From the IMG/VR virus record IMGVR_UViG_3300018915_000003: a stretch of 57,928 nt of DNA, one strand, 5' to 3'. Below the pieces are notes generated by a model. It was not told the origin of the DNA. It saw nothing but the letters and a program-made list of their open reading frames with translations, and did not search any database. Position numbers and translations under genes: made by a program. The stretch's first letter is position 1. Each line of letters starts with the position of its first letter. The DNA is from an uncultured virus (IMG/VR IMGVR_UViG_3300018915_000003) (lineage: Duplodnaviria; Heunggongvirae; Uroviricota; Caudoviricetes). Below, piece after piece: positions 20,060 to 30,483 of this stretch.

Positions 20060-21538
20060 TTAGGACACTATCTCCTCCTCTTCTTCTTCCTCCTTCACTG
20101 CAGAGAAGAAGGCGTCTAGTTTCACAATGCTCTTGACCCCGTGGTTCCTGCCCCCACATCCACAGACACACTCGACTTTGCTGGCGTGCTGGCATGCGGC
20201 TGTGCAGTGTGCGCCTTTGACTTCTTCCACTTCATCAAAGTCCTCAGTCCAATCCTTATCATCCTCAACATGGCCGTAGAAGGGGTCTTCCGCATCCCTC
20301 TCGTATTGTTCTGGGAGGTGGTATCGCATGTTTATTATGCCCATCCTCCAGTTCCAGCCTTTGCGTGTGCCCTTACACCATTCAGCCAGTCCTCGCCCAT
20401 GTCTTGGTATCTCAGTATGTAGCTTTCGACTTCTTCGATTGCCTTCACGTAGTCGGCTGGTGTCATGTCGCCACTCATGGCGATGCTGAACATCTTTCTC
20501 ACTTGGTTGGCTGATGTGCCTTCCCTGAGTAACTTGCAGACTACTTCGACGGTTTCAATTGCTGACATTTGAGTTATCTGATTCATACCTATACTCTATC
20601 CTCTACCATATATATACGTATGCAAGTATATACCTAGTTATGTAGTAGTCAAGGAGAGAGTGGGGTCATTCCATCGCTTGACGTTTAACTCACAGCACTC
20701 GCTCACTATCTCTGGGCTCATGTCGTTCACACAGTCAACACATAAGATATTGCTTGCAAGTTTATCGTTCTCGGCAAGAAAAACATAGCCGCACGAGTAG
20801 CACTGACGGTATTTGGAAGTCTTGAGGTTTTGCATATCTCAGACCTCATACTCCAAGCCGTGTCTCATCGTGTATTCTTCATCGTCAGCTGCACAGAGCT
20901 CTCTGTAGGTCATACCTGCTATCTGTTGCCATCTCCTCTGTTTTATTATCTGCTCCCTAACTAGTTGGTTTCTATAGTCACGGTCAGCAGTGTCAAAGTA
21001 AATCGTGTTTGTTGTAAAGTCTACGAATACCGTTACTCCATGCTGCTGAAAATCTTCCTTTCTTGTTTCTAGGTTAAGGTGCAGTTCAGCAGAATCATTA
21101 CATTGGATCTTGCTGTACCACCTGCCGTTTATTTGAGTGCGTTTTATCCTGCTCATGGTGCTTATCTCAACCTCTCTCCTTCGTAATCAGTCTCAGCAAG
21201 GGAGATACCTCGCTCCATTGTTGCAAGGCTGGCATCCTCACCCGTGCAGTGTCCACAGACAAAATCACGGCCGAACCCTTTCGCCCTCATGTCTGCGCAG
21301 TAGCAACCCTTCATTTGGCTACTACCTCCTCGATGCCGTTTCTGTTGCCCCAGTGGCAGATGTCAAAGTCTTGGCACCATTCTTCTGCTTCTGCCAATGT
21401 GTTGAATCTTACAACCCACTCGCCAGTGTAGTGTTTTGTATTTCTGGAATACACCTTCCCGTTCAAACATTCGGCTATTTCCTTTGCTTCTTCTGCTGAA
21501 CCATCGGCCAGGTATGTTACTTTAAACTGTTTTTTCAT
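20060..21538 (-). CDS. Cluster of six small ORFs (20060-20344, 20335-20586, 20638-20835, 20839-21156, 21162-21314, 21311-21538)
   Basis: Co-oriented short ORFs, several Cys-rich ('CVCGCGGRNHG'); 21162-21314 translated manually. Confidence 0.55.
20584..20631 (-). promoter_or_regulatory. Repeated TATA promoter, copy 1
   Basis: Minus strand ATATACTTGCATAC-GTA-TATATATGGT...ATAGGTATG. Confidence 0.65.
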
Positions 21539-21583
21539 ACCTATCCTATAATCTACACCATATATAAGTGTATGCAAGTATAT
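21536..21583 (-). promoter_or_regulatory. Repeated TATA promoter, copy 2
   Basis: Minus strand ATATACTTGCATAC-ACT-TATATATGGT...ATAGGTATG; same spacing to the ATG as copy 1. Confidence 0.65.
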
Positions 21584-21629
21584 GCATGTATGTATATGGT
21601 ATGATAGATAGATAGATAGGAGGGATTAG

Positions 21630-24600
21630 TTACTCGTCCTTTAGCATATCCTGGTCTGCGTCTGCTATATCCATGGCATAGGTATAGGAGGGGAGTGTGT
21701 TATTCATGGTGCGCTTGTTGATGGCTGCTGTGAGGAAGGGGTTTATCTCTGGGGTGGTGGTGGGGGCTTCTGCTTCTTCTTGTGTGTTTAGGAAGTCCTC
21801 GTCCTCTGTTCCCTCTGTTGCTGCGTCAAGGGTTATCTCGTCCACCTCATCATCGTCAGTCTCATCCTCATCCATCATGCCCAGGTAAGCAAGGAACTCT
21901 TGCCATCGTGACTTCTTGATACGTTTCTGCTTTTCTTCTTCTGTTTCTTCTGCCTTAGGTGCAGGAGGCTTTTCGATGGGGATAAATACAGGTTGGAGTA
22001 TTGTCCTCTCGATATGCGATTTGACTTCTTTAATCGATTCGACAAGTCTGATATGTTCTCGTTCGGACTGTTCTTTGGTGCGCTGGCCCAGTACCTGTAT
22101 GTCCTGCTCATCAAGTTCTTGAACGGGGGTTAACTGGTCTTGCGCATCACTTGGGACTTCTTGCGTGGCTACATCTTTGGGTTGTGTGCGGCGAGTGCGA
22201 CGTGGACTATCTTCGTGTTCTTGAGTAGAGGGGGCTAGGATGACGTCCTCGCTCGTGATAGCGCCCTCTTCCAAGACTGGTCGTATCCTTTCAGTCTCAA
22301 TTAGGCTCACTTCCTGAGCACGTTTTTGGGTGGCCTGTTTCACATCTGAGGCTATTTGTGATACTTCTGCATCAACTGCTTCAACAATACTCTCTGCACC
22401 CTCGATATTGTATACCGCAATGAGCTCTTTTTCTACGAATTGCTTGACTTTCGCAGATTCTAGTTCTACAACCTTGGGCCTCTCTACATAAGTCTCCACT
22501 ACCTTAGGCGGTGGGGCTAATAGGATGGGTATCTCCTTGTATTGGAGTTGCTGTTCCTTTCTCCATCTCTTGGCGAATCGGTTGTATCTGTCCAAGTCCA
22601 TCCTTATTTGTGGCTTGAGTTTGGATGGTCTTGTAGGGCCAGGACTCCATATTATACCACCTGCTCCTCCTGCTCCTATGCCTATGGGTGCTCCTATGGG
22701 TGGGGGTGGACTTGGTGGTGGGCCTGGAGGAGGAGCTGGGCCTATGATTGTGATGTCTCTGTATATCTTGGTGTGGACTGTCTCGTTGATGGCTATGTGT
22801 TCATCTATGGAGGTGTCAGTCTCAGAGACAACAAGGGTGTATACTGCTTCAGATATGGTGATGTTGTCAGTGTGGGGTGTTGGGGTGACTAGTTTCTCCA
22901 TTGCCACCTGCACATTCTCTGATATGGCTATAGGGTCGGTGGGTGGCCTTGCGGTTATGCCCATAGAGACGGTGATGTCTTCTTCTATGGTGATGGGGTT
23001 GGTTATGGAGGCGCCTCTGTTGATTAGGGTCTGGATGTCTTCTTCTATGGTTATATTGTCAGTATCAGGGGCTGTGCGTAGTTGCATCTTTGTGGTGGTT
23101 TGTTCTGTGATGGTTAGCTGTTCCATTGGTGGGGTTACGCGTAACTGCATTGCCGAGGCTGTGGTTTCAGTTATGGTGATGGGGTCAGTGGGTGGCCTGA
23201 TGTTGATACCCATAGCCACGGATACTGATTCAGTGATTGAGGTCTGGTCTGTTGTGGGGGCTGAGGCTAGCCTCATTATGGTATGGACGTCCTCAGTGAC
23301 GTAGACTTCCTCTACTTCTGGCTCATTACCAAGATGCATGACGGTGAGGACTTGCTCTGCTATTGCTATCTGGCTGTCAATCTCTGGGTCTGTGGTTGTG
23401 TTCAGTCCCATGGCCACAGCTACGGCTTCTTCTATGCCTACTTCTTCAGTGATTTCGGCGTTGGCAGGAGAGACTTCTTCTTCTGGGGTTATGGAGACGT
23501 GGACTGCCTCAGTTATGGCTATCTCGTCTGTTGGTGGGGCGAATGTGTGAGCAATAACAGAATAGACTTCCTCTGTGATACTGACGGTCTCTACTTCTGG
23601 CTCATTGGCTAGGTGTAGGGCTACATGGGTGTCCTCAGAAATGTTCACCACATCGGTTACTGGAGTGACCTGCATTGCTACCCTGGAGGTTATGTTCTCA
23701 GATATGCCGACGTTGTCTGTGGTGGGAGGAGTAACCCGCATGTCCATGGCTACCGAGACGTTTTCCGATATCGGGATGTCGTCCCAGTATTTCATGTATT
23801 GCCAGTCTTCGGGTGGGTCGTAGTCTCCCTCTGGTTCGAAGTCGACTATCAGGGTGTTAGGGGGGGCTACTTTTATGTCGAGCTTTGTGTGGACGTCCTC
23901 GGTGATGTTGAGCGGGTCTGTGGTGGGGACTGTGCCGATATCTAGTTTTGTCTGGATGTCTTCGGTTATGTTTATGGGCTCGGCCTCGGCCTCAACATAC
24001 CGATGCATTACTGCGTGGGTATCTTCCGATATGCCTACCGTGTCGGAAGGTGCCTCGTTGTTTATGCCCATGGCCACGGATACAGACTCGAGGATGCCCA
24101 CGTCATCTGTGTCAGTAGGTGCTCCAAGGTGTATCCTGGAGGCTGTTGTTTCAGTGATGCCTATGGGGTCGGTTGCTACTTCGTTGGCCAAGCCCATGGA
24201 GACAGAGACGGCTTCTGTGATGCCTACGGGCTCAGTTACCTCATACTCGACCATGATGGAGGCGTAGGCTGTTTCGGTTATACCCACGCTGTCGGTGGTG
24301 GGGGCTACCCTTGCTATAATGGCGCTGTGGGTGTCCTCTGTTATGCCTACAGGTTCGGGGACGCTGACCCTGGTGTGCACCATAGAGGATGTTGTTTCTG
24401 TGATGCCTACGGCCTCGGTCTGTTCATTGCGCAGGCTGACGCTTGAGGTTACTGATTCGGTTATGCCTACGGGCTCAGTCAGGTCTGAGCGTGTAGTCAT
24501 GGCCGTGCTTGTTGTTTCTGTGATGCCTACAGCGTCGGTGGTGGGGGTTACGCGTTGAATAAGGGCGGAAGTAACGGATTCAGTAATGTTAACGGGGTCG

Positions 24601-26255
24601 GTGGTGGGGGTGAACCAAATAGTCATTGCTGTAGTGACTGACTCGGTTATGCCCACAGCGTCGGTGGTGGGGGTTACACGCTGGATTAAGGCCGACTCTG
24701 CGGTCTCAGTGATGCCTACAGTTGAGAGTGAATCGGAGGTGACCGCTCCGCCTGCCGCAGCGGCTAATTCCATGGTAACGGCGAATGCAAACTTTGCTCT
24801 AGCACCCTTACCTGCAACGGCAGAGTTTACAACGGCGTCCAGCTTCACTGTATGGGCTGCGGCACCACTAAGATTCTCAATCGTCTGAATGTTAAACGCC
24901 GGCTCATCAGTTGAGTCCCTAGTCGTATGATGGGAATAGTTGTCCGACGTCTGAGTGGGGGGTTGATCTACATCATCGACTCTCATCCTCGCACGCCAGA
25001 CAGAGCCCAAGGCGTTCTGGTCTGATGTCAGGAATGTCCAACACCAGACATCGCCTGTGATATCTGGGGTTATGGTTATAGTTCGAATGTTGGTTGGAGT
25101 TCCAGTCCAAGCGGTACCGGTTATGTCTTGAACTGAGGTATCGTCGTAAGAGTCGGCCGAGTTTCTCAGCTTCGATAGGTTGAGTATGAAGATACCAGAG
25201 TGCGAGCGACTTCCGCCAGCGGTACCTACACCGTTGTACGATCTTTGCTCGAATGTATTGGAGGCCGCGCCCAATGTATAGACTCGTGGTAATACAACGA
25301 GATGACTCTCCAGTGTTGCATGACCACCCTCACGCTGGGAGAATGGGCCTGTAGATGCAGCTTCACCGCTTCTAACTATTCTGGCGTTATAGGAGTTGTT
25401 GACAGCGTTGGGTATCATCCTAGCCCTAGCCAGACATAGCCATTTCTCATTGGCGATCGTGGGTACGATGTTAACCGATGCGTTATGCTGGGTACTATCT
25501 GTTGCTGCTAGGTTAACGGATGTGGTAGTCTCTGCAAACTTCCAATCGGTATTCTCTACTAAGTCATCGGATAGCTTGATTGCTACCAGATTGAATTGAT
25601 CGATACCGGTGGTAGTACCGGATGTGCTATTGGATATCTGACATTTGACTAGCTCGGCACCGCCAACGGGTTGGGTAAAGACTGTAAACCATGAGTAGAT
25701 TTCCCTACTGGTTACAGTTTGGGGAACCCATGCACAGACAGACTCGGGAAATACCGTAGTACCGCGTACCATCTGAGCCCTACAAGCGGTAGTGGTGGCG
25801 GATGAACGCAACTGAGCTGTAGCGACCAGAAGATATTTCTTGCCAGCGGTAAAAGAGGACGCAGGAATGGAGTTGCCGGTGAAGTCGACATAGGTGGCGC
25901 TCGTGGTTGTTTGTTCTACATCGTTCTTCTCCTGATGGATGTGTTGCAGTTCGGCGGCGTGGAAGCTCTGCACCATCTTGTAGTCATGGCCCCTGTGTAT
26001 CCTCTGGTGCTCTCGTACTACCTTGGCGAATTGCTTAACGTTCTCGTATCCGCCTACCCTATTTCGAACACCGCATGTTTTACAATCTAGTTTGAAACCA
26101 TGACGTTTACCTAACGAGGGTGGTAGCGAGGAAATCAGACGGGATAAATCAGAAGGGGAGGGTTGTTGGGAAGAAGTTAAGAGAAAAGGGCTATCGCTTG
26201 GAGAGGAACTAGGCGCCCCACTATTTTGCCTCCTTCTCTGGTTCTCATCCAACAT
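21630..26255 (-). CDS. Large repeat-rich virion protein (fibre/spike-like)
   Basis: 1541 aa: N-terminal CxxC/HxxH, ~400-aa beta-rich domain, >20 repeats of ~20-30 aa centred on (V/I)x(I)TE, a poly-Pro/Gly hinge and an acidic C-terminus. Confidence 0.6.
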   Translation of the reverse strand: MLDENQRRRQNSGAPSSSPSDSPFLLTSSQQPSPSDLSRLISSLPPSLGKRHGFKLDCKTCGVRNRVGGYENVKQFAKVVREHQRIHRGHDYKMVQSFHAAELQHIHQEKNDVEQTTTSATYVDFTGNSIPASSFTAGKKYLLVATAQLRSSATTTACRAQMVRGTTVFPESVCAWVPQTVTSREIYSWFTVFTQPVGGAELVKCQISNSTSGTTTGIDQFNLVAIKLSDDLVENTDWKFAETTTSVNLAATDSTQHNASVNIVPTIANEKWLCLARARMIPNAVNNSYNARIVRSGEAASTGPFSQREGGHATLESHLVVLPRVYTLGAASNTFEQRSYNGVGTAGGSRSHSGIFILNLSKLRNSADSYDDTSVQDITGTAWTGTPTNIRTITITPDITGDVWCWTFLTSDQNALGSVWRARMRVDDVDQPPTQTSDNYSHHTTRDSTDEPAFNIQTIENLSGAAAHTVKLDAVVNSAVAGKGARAKFAFAVTMELAAAAGGAVTSDSLSTVGITETAESALIQRVTPTTDAVGITESVTTAMTIWFTPTTDPVNITESVTSALIQRVTPTTDAVGITETTSTAMTTRSDLTEPVGITESVTSSVSLRNEQTEAVGITETTSSMVHTRVSVPEPVGITEDTHSAIIARVAPTTDSVGITETAYASIMVEYEVTEPVGITEAVSVSMGLANEVATDPIGITETTASRIHLGAPTDTDDVGILESVSVAMGINNEAPSDTVGISEDTHAVMHRYVEAEAEPINITEDIQTKLDIGTVPTTDPLNITEDVHTKLDIKVAPPNTLIVDFEPEGDYDPPEDWQYMKYWDDIPISENVSVAMDMRVTPPTTDNVGISENITSRVAMQVTPVTDVVNISEDTHVALHLANEPEVETVSITEEVYSVIAHTFAPPTDEIAITEAVHVSITPEEEVSPANAEITEEVGIEEAVAVAMGLNTTTDPEIDSQIAIAEQVLTVMHLGNEPEVEEVYVTEDVHTIMRLASAPTTDQTSITESVSVAMGINIRPPTDPITITETTASAMQLRVTPPMEQLTITEQTTTKMQLRTAPDTDNITIEEDIQTLINRGASITNPITIEEDITVSMGITARPPTDPIAISENVQVAMEKLVTPTPHTDNITISEAVYTLVVSETDTSIDEHIAINETVHTKIYRDITIIGPAPPPGPPPSPPPPIGAPIGIGAGGAGGIIWSPGPTRPSKLKPQIRMDLDRYNRFAKRWRKEQQLQYKEIPILLAPPPKVVETYVERPKVVELESAKVKQFVEKELIAVYNIEGAESIVEAVDAEVSQIASDVKQATQKRAQEVSLIETERIRPVLEEGAITSEDVILAPSTQEHEDSPRRTRRTQPKDVATQEVPSDAQDQLTPVQELDEQDIQVLGQRTKEQSEREHIRLVESIKEVKSHIERTILQPVFIPIEKPPAPKAEETEEEKQKRIKKSRWQEFLAYLGMMDEDETDDDEVDEITLDAATEGTEDEDFLNTQEEAEAPTTTPEINPFLTAAINKRTMNNTLPSYTYAMDIADADQDMLKDE

Positions 26256-26457
26256 CTAAATCATAAACTACCTAGTACTACTAACACAGCTGTGTATACA
26301 GATAGTTCTTAGCACAATTCTAAAACGGAACTATACCCCCTTTCTTCCTCTTCTTACAATTCACCCCTCGATAGACACACGTATCTGTATATCCCCATAT
26401 GTCTGTATGTATACGTATATATAGCATAGTATGATAGGGATAGGTAGACAAAAAAAG

Positions 26458-27538
26458 ATGATGGCAGCAAATTTAAGGGAAACGATACAACAGGAGAGAG
26501 TTCCGTTGAATGAAGAGATAGCAGAAAAGGTATACAAGCGTGCGCTAGAGTTGTGCCTGGAGAAAGGATATAGGCTAGAGCTTTCTTTGACAAAGTTGGC
26601 TATGATGTACACAAGTAAGGAATACAGAGATGTAGCCGAGAAGTTGCTTGAGGACTTGATAAGAGACAACCTTGACAGAGAGGCGGGAGAGGTGTTCTGA
26701 TAGTGGTCGACATATTCTTCCACTACGGCACATATCACAGACTGACCCTGCGAAGCACGATGGAACCGGGGAAGCATTATTTCGACTTCCCAGAATATCT
26801 GTTCAAGGGCGGTATGGATAAGGAGCAGATTAAGAAAATCGTAGTACTCGACAAGGAAAATATCTATCATGTCATCGTTTCCAATCATGCCGAGAGTCCG
26901 ATATTCGAGTTGGTAGTGCCGAAGGATGACTTCACGGTGGAGGCTTGGATAAGGTAGACATGACAGACAAATGGTGGGACACAATTATCCCACGCAGGCC
27001 CATCAGGCTCGCATGTGGTATCGAGAACTGTGGGTTTGCAGTGATACGGGATGAGTCTGATGAGATGGTGCAGATGGCATTGACGCTTGAGTGTCCCAGG
27101 TGCGGCTGGTGCGCTACAAAAGACGGCTGGTTGTACTTCGGCAAGCAAGTGGAGGGAGAGGTGAGCCTGTGAGTTATGTCAGAGTCTTCCGAGAGTTATA
27201 ACAACGGCTATCACGACATTGCTCTGGATATCAAGGCCGACATTCTGAACTTGGAGAAATGTATAGCCGAGATATATGAGACGGGATTAAGGGCTAGGGA
27301 ACATATCGAGATCGTTAAGTTGCGCGAGGTCATTGGGTATCTAACAGAGGCCAAATATATCCTGGACAAACTGCACGATGCCCACACTACAGGCACCAGG
27401 AAGTTCAGTGAGGAGACCAAGGAGTTCAGGCGAATCCACAGAAGGAAGCCCATGAAGAAGAAGGAGAGCTGGCTCGATGAGCAAGCAGAACGGAATAAGG
27501 ATTGGGCGAAGTTTGAGCGGGAGAATAAAGAGAGATGA
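26458..27538 (+). CDS. Four small plus-strand ORFs (26458-26700, 26703-26957, 26960-27172, 27176-27538)
   Basis: Abutting operon downstream of TATATATA at ~26417; the third has a Zn ribbon. Confidence 0.6.
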
Positions 27539-28899
27539 CAGAAGATCAACTTAGACACGGCCCCCACGATTCCGATGTTCAGGCGTTCACCTGCCAGGGT
27601 TGTGGTGAGGTGGGTCGATTCCATACAACTGTGTTGCTTATGAAGGATATGGAAGACCACGGCCGGCCATTGATATCGATGAAGTGTGTAAAGTGCAAGC
27701 ACAATGAATCCTTCCAACTACTTGATGATGTGCCAATAGTCGAGTGTTTGAAGATAGCCAGGATAAACAGGGAGATGTACGACAGCGCAGAAAAAATGAA
27801 GAAGGATAATAAGAAGTGGGACGCCATGCCGTCACAGTGGGTCGATTATTGGAAATATGCCCACTTACCAGAAGACCAGGTTCCTAAATGTGGGGCCTGT
27901 GGTCGGGTGGGCGAGACCTTCCAGATGGACGTGTTCAATTATTGCCAGATGTGCATGCACAACCACATCCAAGTTGTGATATCCGAACACAGAAGACAAG
28001 CGCAGGAGAAACGCAAGAAGGAAGAGGATGAGAAGAGGGCCAAACTTGAGGCAGAAGTAAAACACGGCGAGAGGTATCCAGGTGAAACACTACCAGAGTT
28101 CAATGAAAGGAGGAAGAGGCACATAAACGCTAACGACACATGTCAGTGCAAGATGTGCTATGAATACATGCGTGACCATAGCTTCTGGCACTATGGTCGC
28201 AGGAGCATGACAAGAGATGGAGAAGACCGTCGCCAGTACAAGGAGATGTCTAGAGCCTACGCCGGGATAGGGCCAGCAGGGGCGGATTTCATACGTGACC
28301 ACTGGCATAGAATGACGGAGGTTGAGATGAAACAGCGCCAAGACCTGACTGATGCATTCATGAGGGACTCCTTGAGCTATGAGGATTACTTTGAAGACCA
28401 CATGCATATAGCAAACAGGGATTATGATAAGGTGAGTGAGGCGGGCAAGAAGGTGTTGGGCCTGACACAAGAAGGGGCTCCAATAATTGCCGAAGCAGTG
28501 AAGAAGACAGACCCAAACAACTTGGCATTAGGCATTGGGGCATGGGAGATGTCTACGGAAAAAGAAGAAGTCCCACACCTACCAGATGACAGGGAGACGC
28601 GGGAGCAATACCACGACGGCATGTTTGATGAAGAATATAGGAAACTCAATGAATACTCAGAAAAGAAGGAGAAGGAGAAAAAACAACAGAGACAGAAGAT
28701 AGAATTCCACTATAACGACCTGGCGCCGATTGCTCTCCTACTGATTGTCGTCTCGATTGTGTCGATGATAGCAATAGGGATAATATGGGGCCTCTCAGGT
28801 CAGGAGATAAATCACACACTGGGTTATCTGACTCTAATGTTCATGATAATCTGTATCTGTTCGGGTGTGATGTATATAGCGACGGCTCCGGCATTCTAG
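27535..28899 (+). CDS. Multi-Zn-finger protein with two C-terminal TM helices
   Basis: Several CxxC pairs, charged coil, two terminal hydrophobic segments. Confidence 0.65.
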   Translation: MTEDQLRHGPHDSDVQAFTCQGCGEVGRFHTTVLLMKDMEDHGRPLISMKCVKCKHNESFQLLDDVPIVECLKIARINREMYDSAEKMKKDNKKWDAMPSQWVDYWKYAHLPEDQVPKCGACGRVGETFQMDVFNYCQMCMHNHIQVVISEHRRQAQEKRKKEEDEKRAKLEAEVKHGERYPGETLPEFNERRKRHINANDTCQCKMCYEYMRDHSFWHYGRRSMTRDGEDRRQYKEMSRAYAGIGPAGADFIRDHWHRMTEVEMKQRQDLTDAFMRDSLSYEDYFEDHMHIANRDYDKVSEAGKKVLGLTQEGAPIIAEAVKKTDPNNLALGIGAWEMSTEKEEVPHLPDDRETREQYHDGMFDEEYRKLNEYSEKKEKEKKQQRQKIEFHYNDLAPIALLLIVVSIVSMIAIGIIWGLSGQEINHTLGYLTLMFMIICICSGVMYIATAPAF

Positions 28900-29223
28900 G
28901 GCTGAATTGTCGAAACAACTGCTATGAGTGCTTTACAACGGGAGCACTCTAGTCTTCTTTTATTATCTTCTATGGGTATGACGTTCAACACGAGACTCGA
29001 ATAAACTTCCATTCCATCGGGGCACGTGTGAATCTTTTGCATTAAACTATTATCTTCCAAAATTGGGGTGAGTATTGCGCCCATCATCCCACTGGCCTAT
29101 CTCTTCGCCGCATAATGAGCAGGCTAAGATTGTTCGAGTGGCAGAGACTTTCCTGGTGTCCAAGACTATTGAGTTCCTTACACCCGTTCTCTCTTTGTGG
29201 GGACAAACCCAGTATTCTGCCAT
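28896..29223 (-). CDS. Two micro Zn-ribbon ORFs (28896-29042, 29050-29223)
   Basis: MQKIHTCPDG...CSRC and manually translated MAEYWVCPHK...CSLCGEEIG. Confidence 0.5.
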
Positions 29224-29259
29224 TTTTCTCTGATCTTCTTCTTTCTTCTTGTTTGACTA

Positions 29260-29880
29260 CTACGCGCCTAAGAAGCTATGATTTACCCATACGGTCATGG
29301 TGTCAGTTGCAGCTTTGTCCTTGTTAGGGTTAATCTGGAACAATGCGACTAACTTGGTAGCTCCTACTGGTGAAGCGTTATCGTGGATTGCTCCGTTCTT
29401 GATAGCAGTAGCGTTGAAATCTGCTCCAGCCCATGTTTTTCGGTACGATGTTACCTTAGTGCCGCGTCCAGGATTATTCGTGTCATCATCGTTAGGCTTT
29501 GGATAAGTATTGTCAAATGTTGACCTTGATGTGGTGATGGCGGAAGTAAGGCTGGTATAGGTGTTAGTCTTGGCTGGTGTGATCATAGTTCCAGGGTTGG
29601 CTAGTTCAATTCTAGATGCGCCTTCATTGGCCGCCGGTGTTGCTCCTGCTCCACGAATTGCGTAGTATATGTCACCGTCGTTTGTCACTAGGTTGTGTGA
29701 ATAGTCCCATGTGCGGAGCATGTAAGGCCCCTCTGGTCTGTCCATCATAACTACAACATTATTCTTCACGGGGTCTGGGTTCTCTGTGCGTCTGCTAACG
29801 TATCTAGGCTGGTGATTGGCCCAGCTGAGCAGTCGTTCTAATCTTTGTTCATAACTGTCGGCTTCGATAACTACTGACAT
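29260..29880 (-). CDS. Probable tail/baseplate-associated structural protein
   Basis: 'HNLVTNDG', 'NKDKAATDTMTVWVNHSF' resemble phage fibre-attachment proteins. Confidence 0.55.
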   Translation of the reverse strand: MSVVIEADSYEQRLERLLSWANHQPRYVSRRTENPDPVKNNVVVMMDRPEGPYMLRTWDYSHNLVTNDGDIYYAIRGAGATPAANEGASRIELANPGTMITPAKTNTYTSLTSAITTSRSTFDNTYPKPNDDDTNNPGRGTKVTSYRKTWAGADFNATAIKNGAIHDNASPVGATKLVALFQINPNKDKAATDTMTVWVNHSFLGA

Positions 29881-29943
29881 TTTTTATTTTAACTAACGTT
29901 AATTCTCGCCAAATTAGCAAGAGAACTAACGACAGTTATGCCT

Positions 29944-30483
29944 TTATTGTAGTTTTTTGCGCTCGCTGTTGGACAGATGGCCTATCCTGTTGGGGAAGTC
30001 GAAGCCTGTTATGTGCTCGAGTATCTTCATCATGTTCTTGACCTCTGCCTCCCACTCTGCTTTGACCTCTATGCTGGACATAGGATTGCCGTCCTCGTTG
30101 GTCAGTTGGAGGCCGTCATATCTCTGTTCCTTGATTGCCTTGAGACGGAGCTTTATCTCATCCTCTAACAGTTCGGCGCGTTGTTGATGGGCTGCCTTGA
30201 CGCTATTCTTGTATGTCTGTGAGTCTTTGCCCAGTAGAAGGGGGTCTCGTTTGTGTGTCTTGGCTAAGGTGCTGATGTAATTCTCGATATGTGTCCTTAC
30301 CTCTAACTGGTGGCCATCACATAGCCAGAGCACGTCATCTGAGAAGGATTCCGAATTGTTATACCAATGAGCCCACTGGTACTCAAAGAGGCTGCCAAGT
30401 TTGCCACAGATGGCGCATGGTCGATCTTCGGGTGGTAGCCCGTCGGCGTCAGAAATGAAAAAGTTATTGTTTGGGTCGCTCAA
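29944..30483 (-). CDS. Hypothetical protein with Cys/His motif
   Basis: CAIC...LCDGH; directly downstream of the portal gene. Confidence 0.55.
   Translation of the reverse strand: MSDPNNNFFISDADGLPPEDRPCAICGKLGSLFEYQWAHWYNNSESFSDDVLWLCDGHQLEVRTHIENYISTLAKTHKRDPLLLGKDSQTYKNSVKAAHQQRAELLEDEIKLRLKAIKEQRYDGLQLTNEDGNPMSSIEVKAEWEAEVKNMMKILEHITGFDFPNRIGHLSNSERKKLQ

Noticed and set aside
22525..25599. Long plus-strand ORFs over repeat-rich genes (also around 4330-5253, 7533-8483, 10570-11992, 17849-19269)
   Set aside because: Antisense shadows of low-complexity minus-strand genes
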